64,000 nt of DNA from Lingula anatina (Eukaryota; Animalia; Brachiopoda). The translations under genes and the position numbers were made by a program. The stretch covers positions 19,382,651 to 19,446,650 of the forward strand of contig CM120647.1 of the NCBI GenBank assembly GCA_051362555.1, given 5' to 3'. Under the pieces are notes generated by a model. The model did not search any database and was not told the DNA's origin. It worked only from the letters and a program-made list of their open reading frames with translations. This document shows, piece after piece, positions 13,301 to 24,900 of the stretch. How positions within the stretch are numbered: the stretch's first letter is position 1; every line of letters starts with the position of its first letter.

Positions 13301-16300
13301 TGACCCGATCATGCTGATTTTCGAACTTGACCTGCGTATTACGAATATTCATCAGTTCTGTAAGTTTCAAGCCAAAAGAAAAAACAGTTTTCCACTTATC
13401 GTGTTATCGGTAAAAGTGCACGGCGACGGCGACGACGGCGACGGCGACGGCGCCGACAGACGCAGATGATGGCTATATGTACAGACACATCTGTGTCTGT
13501 ACATAAAAATGATTATGATAGATAAAATTCTGAAGGTAAACAATGTAGCAACTGAGTAAGTGTTTAATTTTTGGTTCGAAAATGACACTGATCCCATGGA
13601 GGCTAAGATAAGATACTTTTTTGACACTCGGCAACTTCTTTTGGACACTGAGCGTGCACTTACATGTTCAACCATGTCAAAAGTCTCCTTGTGTTCAGGG
13701 TGAATGAGAATAAAGTCCTTCCTTCCTGTCACTACACAGTGAAGGTTGTGGTCAGCGTGATAATGTAACATGGATGTTGTCCCACCGCTGGACATCCACA
13801 ACTCGCTCTCCTGGAGATACTTCCTGAATGTCCCACACTGCAAACACTTTGGTAGCTGATTGGGGAAAATAGGAAATCAATTGAGTTAATGTACAAATAA
13901 TGTGCAAATAATGACCTTTTCTAAAACTATTTTGGTTGTTTATAATTGAAATATTTTTATGAAACCTTGTTAATGTTCAGACTTAGTGGAAAAGTGTTTA
14001 TTTGTGTTTGACATTTTTTCTTACTGAAGTCATCAGTGGTATGTGTGAAAATATTTAGACCCCATTTCTAGAGATTAGATCGATCTACTTTAGATCGACC
14101 TAACTCCCTGGGGGTTCACGCTAAATAGCTGTCAGCCGAGCGGACACCAAAATTAATTACCCTCTTCCAGCTTGTAGTAGGCGGGACGGACATTTAAGCC
14201 GGATTATCTGACAGTAATCTAGTGAGACTCCCCGCAAGGATAGATCGATCTAAAAGCTCAGGGAATACAGCCTTAAATTCTAGATATCAGAAAAGTGGTT
14301 TGTAATGTTTGTCAAATTTTTTTACTTCTGACCCCTCCCCCCCCCCCACTCCAAAACAAGGCAACAAAGCTGTCAAATGTACAGACAAAAAACAGGAAAT
14401 AACAAAATGGGCTACTGTCAATTCTGATGCAAAAGTACATTATGTTAAACTGCAAATTCAACATCAAATTTTAATTATGCTAAACAGGTAATACCAAATG
14501 TAAGTAAAATGTGTAACAAGCATAAGGCCTCAGGCCCATGGGAGTTCAAGTTCACACTTTGAAAATGTAGAACTTCCAGAAAAAGAAGCCAATTAGACTG
14601 CTTTTCCAACTCCGGCAGCATTTTTGTCCTGTGTTTCTTTTTTAAAAGTTTGGCAATCATAAGTAACATGGTTTCCCATAATGGTCATCATGGTAGCAGC
14701 ACCCAAAATTGTGTTTTCTTCTATTCTGATGCAATATTACATAATGGTTAACAGTATATTGACCATCACTTTTAAATAATAAAAGATAAGTATCATGGAT
14801 ATTAAGAAAATGGGACTTCAAAGTCACAACTTGAAAATGCCAAAATGTAAACAAGACAACACTGTGCTGAAATGTTTTTTCCATTTTTAACAATTTTTAA
14901 AATAAAACAAAATTAACAGTTTACTTCCATTTTTATATGATCAACTAAAAAAATTTGTTGAGATAGGAAAAATATCAATAGAGCAGTGTTAAATGTCCAG
15001 TTTCTTCCATTCTGAGATTCTGAACATAGTAAATAATTGAATCTGAATAACTGCAATGATATGAGTTTATTTCAATTTTTTAAACTTTATTACACAATAC
15101 ACGATAACAAGTTTACCATCATTTTTACAAAATCAACTAATGATGTTGTAAGGATGCAGAAAATGTCAAACAAACACTTTTATGTATCTTATAAATTAAA
15201 TAATGAAACTGTTAACATGCCTAAGATTTGAATCTGAGGAAATGTCACAGCATAACTTCTGAAATAATAGCCCCATCATGCTGATTTTCGAACTTGACCA
15301 GCGTTTTAGTAAGATTGATTACTCCTGTGAGTTTTATGACAACAGGCTTATTGGTTTTCCTTGAAATATGTATACAGTGTTGCATATATACTTAAAAAGT
15401 GAAAAAACAGCATAACTTCTATAATAATGGCCCGATCATGCTGATTTTTCGAACTTGACCTACATTTTATGAATATTCATCAGCTCTGTAAATATAAAGC
15501 CAAAGGTAAAACTGCCCTCCACTTATCGTGTTTACAAGGAAAGTGCACGGCATTGGCAACGACGGCGACGACAGACGCAGGTGATGGCAATATGTACAGA
15601 CACATCTGTGTCTGTACATAAAAAAAGAAATTTTTATCAGTTATTTGTTAAAATCAACTTAGATATACAGTATGTATTATCTTTTCAACAATATAGTTTT
15701 TACACTGATATAACATTTTCACTTATTACAGTATTTCATTAAAAAAGTAACCAACCACCAATTCTTGCATCATTTGCTGCGGTGCTGTAGTTGACAGGTA
15801 CCAATTCTCGTACATGTAGTCGCTAAGGAACTGACTCAGTTTCATCTTTTTTGGTCCTTTTTTAAAGACTTCCTTTTTCACAGTGACTAAGACATCTAGA
15901 TCTCCATATCTGAAACAAGGCATCAAATGCTGTCAAATGAATAAAATGAATTGGTATATGTGTTTATGTGATTGTGTGTGTGTGTGTGTGTGTATGTGTG
16001 TGTGTGAGAGAGAGTGAGAGAGACTGTGTATGTACCTGAGTGTGTGTGGGGGGGGGGGGGGGTGAAAGAGAGAGAGATAAAACTGCTTCAATGACAGTAA
16101 AACAGGGAAGGGGTTAATATCCATGTAAAAACAAAGTGACTGAGATAGAAGGGGAAGTCTGAGATCAAACCATCAGCACATTTGTGCCCACTGTGAGATT
16201 TATTATTCCGTTCCCAAATTGTTTTAAACTTTCAACACTGTTGCACCTATCACGCTAGAAACATCATTCACCGTCATACCTAACACAAGGCAGCAAAGCT

Positions 16301-19300
16301 GTCAAATGTACAGACAAAAAACAGAAAATAAAGATGCAAAAAAGGTCATTTTGTCAATTTTGATGCAATAATAAATAATGCTTATAATAGCACTGTCAGT
16401 CAACACTGAATTTTAATCTTGCACAACAGGTAACATGGTCAATAACAGGAGCAGACCCAGAGATATTTTCTATTTTAGAAAAAAATAGATACCAGTCAAT
16501 ATAAACTTAATAACCTGACTGTCTTCAGGAAGACCCAGAAGATGGTCCACCCCTTCAATAAAATTACAGTTTCAGGACCATGAGAGTTCAAATTCACATT
16601 ATGAAACTCTCAATATTTGAAAAATGATGACAGTGCATAAAATAATATTACATAATGTTTAAAGACATAAAAAACAATACAACTGCTTATGTGGAAATAC
16701 AGAAAATGTGCAGAGCCCCAGGCAGATGAGAGTTAAAAGTCACAAATGCAAGTGTTTGAGAAAAAATTATAAAGGAAAACATAAAAAAGCTAGAAAAGCA
16801 CTTTGAGAGTGCAGACCTCTGCCAAGGCAGCAATTGTTGATTATTATTGATAATTGATTGATTATTGTTCCAGACCACCATCAAAAATTAATCATTGTCC
16901 TCTTTGGCCCACTTCCGACAGTTCTTGAAAATTTCTGCAAAATCAGTCCATAACTTTTTGTGTTATGTGGATGACAGACAAACGGGGGTGAAAATATGAC
17001 CTCCTTGGCAGAGCTTGAGGTAAATATAATTCCAATGAAGATGCTATTCAAACTTTTAATCTTCCAGTTTGATATATATATATATATTATTTAAAACTTA
17101 TTTGCAATATTAAACAAAATTTACCTGCATAATTATCACTGCTTCCTTATTATTAATCTAGCAGAGAGCTTTACCTTTGGGAGTTTACAGGGAAATATCA
17201 ACAAGTGTGCTTTATGTAATCTCATTTAATGGCCTATTAAGGCAAATGACTTTATAACTCTGAAATTAATCTAGTGATACCCAAGGGTAATTTACAGACT
17301 GACCCACTCAAAGGTCTTTAGGCCCATAAGTCACACTCTAAGAAAAGCACAAAACTATAATGCCCAAAATAGGAGACTACCAATCCTGATGCAATAATAC
17401 ATTATGTTTAACTGCACAGTCAACATCAACTTATGCACAACAGGTAACACAGACGAAATTAAAAGCATAAAGCTTCAGGCCCATCGGAGTTCAAGTTTAT
17501 ACTAAGAAAGTGCCAGAATGAGAAAAATGAAAATTTCACAAAAAATGCATAAATTCAATAAAAATGATAATCCAATAGAGCTGGTTTTCTCATATGAGCT
17601 GAAGGCCAATCCTAAAAATCGTACTTGTAAGTTAAAAATGATAATAAGTAGCACAGTTTTCTTTTCATAATGTTTGCAGTAGCAGTGCAAAAAGATTGTT
17701 GTCAATTTTGATGTAACATTACATAATAAATTAGAGAATAATAATCACCAATTTTTGTTTATTGACTATAAATAGGATGGACATGTAGAAAATATGATTA
17801 CCATTCGGCTTCATGTTCATGGGAGCTCTGAGTCCCACAATGAATATGCCAAAAAGATAATGAATATTACACTAAAATGTATTCCAGAAAAAGAAGCCAA
17901 TTAGACTGCTTTTCCAACTCAGGCTGCATTTTAGTCCTGTGTTTCTTTTTTGAAAGTTTGACAGTCATAAGTAACACAGTTTTCCCATAATGGTCATCAA
18001 GGCAGCAGCACCCAAAATTGTGTTTTCTTCTATTTTGATGCAACATTACATAATGCTTAACGGCATAATGACCATCGATTTTTAATAATAAAATATAAGT
18101 GTCATGAATTTTCAGAAAATGTGACTAGCATGGGTCTTCAAGCCCGTGGAGGTTCTAAGTCACACCTTGGAAATGCCAATATGTGAAAAATTACATTTTC
18201 ACAAAAAACTGTTTAATTGCCAGAAAAATTTACCAAACAGACTGCATTGCCTACTGAAGCTGTATTTTAGACTCATGTTTCTTTCCTGTAAGTTTGAGAA
18301 CAGTAATTGACACGATTTTCCTTAAATGGTCATCATGGGAGCAGTGCCCAAAACAGGGGTTTCTTCAAATTTTGATGCAACATTACATAATGTTTAACAG
18401 CATAATGACCATCAATTTTTAATAATAAAATATTAGTATAACGCATATTCAGAAAATGTGACAAGCAAAGGTCTTCAGGATCATGGAACTTCAAAGTCAT
18501 ACATTGAAAATGCCAATATGTGAAAAATTAAATTTTCACAAAAAAACTGCTTAACTACCAGAAAAATTTACCAAACAGACTGCATTGCCTACTGAAGCTG
18601 TATTTTAGTCCCATGTTTCTTTCCTGTAAGTTTGAGAACAGTAAGTGACATGACTTTCCTTAAATGGTCATCATGGGAGCAGTGCCCAAAATAGGGGTTT
18701 CTTCAAATTTTGATGCAATATTACATAATGTTTTACAGCATAATGACCATCAATTTTTAATCATAAAATATTAGTATCATGGATATTCAGAAAATGTGAC
18801 TAGCAAAGATCTGCAGGCTCATGGAACTTCAAAGTCACATCTTAAAAATGCCAAACTGTAAAAAAGACAGCACTGTTCTGAAATGGGTTTATTTCCATTT
18901 TAACACTTTTTAAACAAAACAAAATAAACAGTATACTTCCATTTTTATATGACCAACTAAGAAAATTGATGAGATGGGAAAAATATCAATAGAACAGTGT
19001 TAAATGTCCAATTTCCTCCATTCTGAGATTCTGAACATAGTTGATGATTGAATCTAACAAACTGCAATATGATATGATATGAGTTTATTTCCATTTTTGA
19101 CACCTTATTACACAATACACGATATCAAGTTTACCATCATTTTTACATAATCAACTAACAATGTTGTAAAGATGCAGGAAATATCAAACAAACACTTTTA
19201 CGTATCTTATTAGTTAAATAATGAGACTGTTAACATGCTTAAGAATTGAATCTGAGGAAATGTGAAAAAACAGCATAACTTCTAAAATAATGGCCAGATT

Positions 19301-21258
19301 ATGCTGATTTTCCAACTCAACCTGCATTTTAGTAAGATTGACCACTCCTGTAAGTATAATGACAATTGGCCTATCTGTTTTTCTTATATAGTGTTATCAG
19401 TGTTGCATATATGTTGAAAAAAGTGAAAAAATAGCATAACTCCCCTAAAAATGGCTTGATCATGCTGATTTTTGAACTTGATCTGCGGATTATGAATCTT
19501 CATCAGTTTTGTAAGTTTGAAGCCAAAAAGTAAAGCTGTTTTCCACTTATCGTGTTATCGGTGCTGCATATATGCTGAAAAAAGTAAAAAAAAAAACAGC
19601 ATAACTTCCCTACAAGTCACCCGATCATGCTGATTTTCGAACTTGACCTGCGTATTATAAATATTTATCAGTTCTCTAAGTTTCAAGCCAAAAGCCAAAA
19701 CGGTTTTCCAGTTATCGTGTTATCGGTGCTATATATATATGCTGAAAAAAGAGAAAAAATAGCCTAAATTCACTAAAAAATGACCCAATCATGCCGATTT
19801 TCGAACTTGACCTGCGTATTATGAATATTTATCAGTTCTATAAGTTTCAAGCCAAAAAGTAAAATGGTTTTCCACTTATCATGTTATCGGTGCTGCATTT
19901 ATGCTGAAAAAAGAAAAAAATAGCCTAAATTCATTAAAAATGACCCAATCACGCTGATTTTCGAACTTGACCTGCGTATTATGAATATTCATCAGTTCTG
20001 TAAGTTTCAAGCCAAAAAGTAGAACAGTTTTCCACTTATCGTGTTATCGGTGCTTCATTTATGCTGAAAAAAGTGAAAAAACAGCATAAATTCCCTATAA
20101 GTGACCCAATCATGCTGATTTTCGAACTTGACCTGCGTATTATGAATATTCATTAGTTCTGTAAGTTTCAAGCCAAAAGAAAAAACAGCTTTCCACTTAT
20201 CGTGTTATCGGTAAAAGTGCACGGCGACGGCGACGGCGACAGCGACGACGGCGACGACAGACGCAGATGACGGCTATATGTACAGACACATCTGTGTCTG
20301 TACATAACAATCAACAACAGATAGCTGTCACACCTAACACACTTGTCACAATCACGTCACAATCCACAATCACAGCCAGCACAGCCACCACACTAGTCAC
20401 AATCACAGCTAACACAATCACAATCTTCACATCTAGCTAAACTATGTCAAAATTAAATAAGAAAAAAATCTGACACTCGTGAGACACTTTATTGGTGTTT
20501 TGCCAATGGTGTGTGGTCCCCATCTGTACTTGCTTGTCATTGAGATATTTGTCTTCATCATCTTGGCCCCACTTGGTCAGGGCTGGGATGTCCATAATAG
20601 CTTTACGGAAAACAACAGGTTCCCCTCTATGCACGTGCATGTCGTAGAATTCCTGAGGTGTGAGCATCATTTCTTGTTCTACTTGACCGTCAGGTGACCT
20701 TTGGTGACCTAGTTTTGAAAAGATTTTGGTAAAAAATGTTTAACTGAACAAATGTGGATTTTATCACAGACAGGACAGCCTCAGGTTGTTTACTTGGAAC
20801 ATGAATATGTTAATAGCAGCATGCATGAACTTGCAAATATGAGCTACTAGTATTCTACGTACAGTTTATTATTCGTGCATATACATGTGTACTTTAGTAC
20901 TAATTAATACATCATTTTCATACTCATTTTTAATGGGAAACTTAATAAGCCAAAACAAAGGTACAAATACTCTCCCTGTAAACTGAGTAGTTAAATATTC
21001 ACCTCAAGTTCAGTTATAATGATGAAAAATCAAATAAAGAAATCAAATACAAATTTAAGATACATATAATTTTTATAATTTATACCAACCTAAGGGTCGA
21101 AGATGCCCCTCTGGTATCCCAGACCCGTGTCTCTTCACCAGTGGAGGAAACACCACGTTCATACCCTGGTCTTTAATAAACCCAGATTTTGAGCTACAGA
21201 AAGGAATCACAGCAAGCACAATAAAACACGACTTTGTTAGTCTCATAATGTTTCCCAT
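7897..21258 (-). CDS. JmjC/cupin-like domain protein with N-terminal signal peptide (partial; 7 exons, 369 codons seen; continues left of the window)
   Basis: Phase-compatible exons 21258-21090, 20708-20534, 15909-15756, 13855-13664, 9389-9257, 9025-8865, 8019-7897. Motifs EFYDMHVHRGEPVVFR, LWMSSGGTTSMLHYHADHNLHCVVTGRKDF and TLKPGDCIYVPAGHLHQVRS are typical of JmjC-only (Cupin_8) proteins. Hydrophobic N-terminus CFIVLAVIPFCSS. No stop codon reached. Confidence 0.88.
8258..8465. mobile_element. Degenerate palindromic MITE (gatcgatc/aactccc...gcaatttag family)
   Basis: Shares aactccctaggggttcacactaaattgc...gtgacagacatttaag...gcaatttagtgagactcccc with copies at ~9950, 14060, 35460, 57760 and 63700. 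Boundaries approximate. Confidence 0.55.
9947..10140. mobile_element. Palindromic MITE copy nested in HINE copy B
   Basis: agactaagttcccatacctagatcaatc...ctcactaaattgc...gcaatttagcgagaattccc...gatagatcgatc; same family as the copy at 8258. Boundaries approximate. Confidence 0.55.
10259..10331. repeat. (TA)n microsatellite
   Basis: About 36 consecutive AT units. Confidence 0.95.
14058..14272. mobile_element. Palindromic MITE (possibly PIF/Harbinger-like)
   Basis: Inverted ends tagatcgatcta...tagatcgatcta and internal gggggttcacgctaaat...atctagtgagactcccc. Closely similar to 35457-35675. Superfamily is a guess. Confidence 0.65.
14355..15626 (-). mobile_element. HINE-like element copy C (shorter) in JmjC intron 3
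   Basis: Start aacaaggcaacaaagctgtcaaatgtacagac; terminal hairpin at 15591-15620 plus A-run. Confidence 0.8.
16285..20308 (-). mobile_element. HINE-like element copy D in JmjC intron 2
   Basis: Start acaaggcagcaaagctgtcaaatgtacagac; terminal hairpin at 20277-20306. Five ~161-bp monomers at ~19400-20210, and a ~340-bp internal duplication around 18010-18850. Confidence 0.8.
16790..17022. mobile_element. Short non-autonomous Helentron-type element (second family) nested in HINE copy D
   Basis: Starts ctagaaaagcactttgagagtgcagacctctgccaagg and ends gacagacaaac...gacctccttggcagag, giving subterminal inverted ctctgccaagg/ccttggcagag. Related copy at ~61010. Confidence 0.6.
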
Positions 21259-21929
21259 CCTGGGCTATGTACAGTACTGCAAGTTGCTCAAACGAGTTCC
21301 TTCTTCTCTTTCGAGTTCTCTCCGGCTTCTACGTGGCTTATTTAGCCTTGTTTAAATCGTCACGTCACAGAAGCGGACGTGGCACAGTTTGTCCAAAGAA
21401 ATCCGTTTTCCATTGAGAGTTTGTTTGTGCCTAGATTAGTGAAACACAGGTTTATCTTGACAGCAATGAAATGTGCACGGTTGTGATAGCGCATGGGAAC
21501 TAGGTCAACTAGAGGTCAGCTCGTGACGTCACGTTTGACCTCTGTGGATTTCCTCTTGCCGTGCAAGCTTTCAGATTTTTGACCTAGTTCATCTTTGTGC
21601 GTAGGTGGCTTGTATAAATTCCTGTCACACCCCAGTCTCCTATCTACGAACGCCGTAACATGCTTTAATACATTCCAACAGCGAATTGCAGCTGGGCGGG
21701 GTCGCTTTGGAAAATTAGGTCAAAGGTGGAAATCAACGAGGCGATTACACGGGATAGCAACTACACAACTTTGAGTGCAAAGACGGAAGGCGAGATGCAG
21801 TTGCTCTCTTGAAGATCACAAGCATTTGACGACTTTCTTAGCGGGTCTTGCGACCGGAGTCTAGCCGTCTTTCACTAGATCTACCACAAGTGTGATATTT
21901 GTTCGTGGACTTCCAGATTTGAGAATAAA
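21259..21929. promoter_or_regulatory. Bidirectional promoter region shared by the JmjC and PAF-AH genes
   Basis: 671 bp between divergent ATGs, CpG-richer than the flanks. Palindromic CRE cgtgacgtcacg (21522-21533). AACTAGGTCA (21498-21507) and its reverse complement TGACCTAGTT (21580-21589). AATTAGGTCA (21713-21722). GC box gggcgggg near 21694. Confidence 0.7.
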
Positions 21930-24900
21930 ATGCCGATATTTGAACGTGATTCAGAACGAAAACATTTGCCCATTGGATCGGGACCTTACACCATCGGCTG
22001 TGTGGATTTTATGAACGATCACACCAAGGATGGGGTCCTCCTGAGGCTGTTCTACCCCACGGAACACAAGGATATAAAGGTGAGGAGTTCGCTACAGGGA
22101 TTACCTCTAGCATTACGTATGCAAACATGTATTTATCTACGGGTCCGTGTCACCATGGTAATGTTGTGATTGTGCCGGAAGCACTCCCCGAACTACGGAG
22201 ACGAGTCTAAACCACCTGGCGGGAGTGCAGTATATTAGTAGACTAAGAGCAGTTCGAGCCTCGACGCGAGAGGGTGCGGACTCGCCTACACACCTTTCTA
22301 CGACTACTGTATATACCCACACAGTTACACAAGGAGCTTCGACCTGTGAATACGGAGAGCGGATCTGGCGACGTAGAGCAGAGCTAAATAAGGACACTCG
22401 GTGCGAGGAGAGGACACACGAGCCTCGAACGGAAGACAGATAGCTCGCATAAACACTTTATTGGCGACGAGGATCGTAAGAAAATACGCGGGAAGTTCAA
22501 AAACTTGAGGTCAGAAATTTCTTTGTTTTTTTTTTTAAAGGGAGGGGCAGGTGCATCAGGTAACTGAATTCATTTCAATGAAGTTTAGTTTGCAAGGGCC
22601 CATAAGGAATCCGTTTAGGGTAAATAAAGAAATTTTGACAAGTTTTTTGAAAATAATAACACCACATACTCGCTTTATTCGTTCTCCATGACAAACTCAC
22701 TCAACTGTATCACAGGTGAGCTGTTATCATCTTAGGAGCTCATACATTCACGTGAGGCTAGCCAGCAACTCTGTTTCATACACTTGAGTTCACGCCTTGT
22801 GAATTTTCTTGTGAACTGTTCAACCACTTTTACCCCTTTAACCTTACATTACTCTAGTTTATTGGGACCAAGTTGAAATTCCAGGTGTGCTTCACACTGC
22901 TTTTCAATTGTTGTTGTGAACTGGTCAAATCCAGGAGTTTTTAATGCACTGGGACTTGTTTCACATTGGCTCAGCAATTTTATTCACTTGATATTATTGC
23001 AGTGAACTGATTATATTTCAGGAGCTTTTAATGCACTGTTAATTAGTCTCACTTAAGCCTAGCAACTTTTGGTCTCAGGTGTGTTGTTTGTAGTTTGCTG
23101 GTAATTGTTTCAGGTTCAACAAGTATCTCATTATCACATTCTCCATTGTAAATTTGTATATATTGTTTTATTTTGGACTTATTATTGTTCATATACTCAT
23201 TGCAGTTATGGATGATAGGAGAAAGTGGAGATCACCTGCTTCAATGTACACCAATGCAACTACTCTCAGTCATGCTAAACTGGAGGAAAACGAAAGTTCT
23301 AGAGAACAGCTCTCCAATACACATTTAGAAAAACATATTTCGGAAAACTTTGCCAAATTATTACAATTAAGGAAAACTCTTTCAGAACTGAAAAAGGAAA
23401 GAGCCAGGTTGGCTTCTACAGAAAAATCAGATGAAGGGGCTATGGCTTCAGTGCCCAAATTTGATTCTAAATCAGTTCGAAGAGAAAGACTATCTTCTAA
23501 ATGTCAATCGGAAACTGGCCATTTTCGGTTAAATTCGCAAAAACATCTAAAACCATCAAGCGAAATATTAAGTGAGCTGAAGTCTAGACTTTCTTCCCAT
23601 GCTTGTTCTTCCAATGAGGAACAAGATACTTCTCGATCTAGGTGTCATTTTAAAACAGAATTACATGCTGCTAAAACACCATACAGTAGTGCTAACAATG
23701 ACATTCAGGGGGCTTATTCTCATTCTGAAGCTGCTTGTTTTCGTAGCAGTGGAGATGAAGAAAACCTTTCTACCAATTGTCCTAGATCTTGTTTAAACCC
23801 TAGAAGAATAACATCATCTTCTGAGGAAGAGTGTGAATGGGATAGCAAACTAACATCAAAGGATCACTTTACACATTCTTTAAAACATCCAGCTCCATTA
23901 CAAAAACCATCAAGCTGTAAATTCAAAAAATTTAAGAAAAACTCCAACTTTTCGAGGGAAGAGAGGGGAAATCCCAGTGATCTTCCAAATTCTCTTAAAT
24001 ATGATGGGAAAAGTAATTGGCAATCATTCAAACAAAAATTTGAGAGCTATAAAGAAGTGTATGGTTGGTCCGATATTCAATCAAAAGACTATCTAACATG
24101 GAGTCTAGAAGGAAATGCTCTAGACTACTACACACGCCTTACAAAATCGGGTAAAGACTTCTCATATTTGGAAATTTTGCAGAAGTTGGAAACTCGGTTT
24201 AGTGATGAAGTTTTGCCTGAAATTGCCCGGGTAGAATTTCAACACTCTTACCAACAACCAAATGAATCTCTCGGTGATTGGGCAGCAAGGGTCCTTTCTC
24301 TAGCAATGTCAGCCTATGTGGATCTGCCAGAATCTTTCAGTAATAAAGAGGCAATAACACAATTTTGTTTAGGTTGTTCAGACTGGGAGGCTGGAAAGTA
24401 TGCTTGTTTAGAACTACCAAACAGCATAGAGGCTGCTATAAACAAAGTGAAATATTATCAGCATGTTTCTTTACTCTTCGAAAACAGAAAGAAAGAAAGT
24501 GTTAAATCTGCTGAAGTTCCACCTGTGCACAACCTTGAAAAAGTAGTGGAAACTGTGTTGAAATTAGCAACACCAATTTTGAGTAGAAGACAAACCTGTT
24601 TCTTCTGTCATAGTCCAGATCATTTTAAAAGGGATTGTGAAAAACACAAAATTTGGTTGAAGAAAAATAAGGAGAATGCTTTGAGAAATTTTACTCAACC
24701 TCACCAGCCTAACAGCCATGTTGCTACACGAATGGATGTGCATGTTAACAGCATAAGTGAGATTACTAATCCACTTATGCTGTTAACATGCACATCCATT
24801 CGTGTAGCAACATGGCTGTTAGGCTGGTGAGGTTGAGTAAAATTTCTCAAAGCATTCTCCTTATTTTTCTTCAACCAAATTTTGTGTTTTTCACAATCCC

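Larger units (their letters stand above)
9766..13509 (-). mobile_element. HINE-like element copy B in JmjC intron 4
   Basis: Begins aacaaggcagcaaagctgtcaaatgtacagac (short cagc-aaa-gctg hairpin plus subterminal atgtacagac). Ends with the (ggcgac)n microsatellite and 13-bp-stem hairpin at 13476-13505 plus A-run. Internal ~161-bp monomers. Confidence 0.8.

Noticed and set aside
22137-22443. ORFs inside the LTRs (also 28901-29258)
   Set aside because: Short, motif-less, and duplicated only because the LTR is duplicated.
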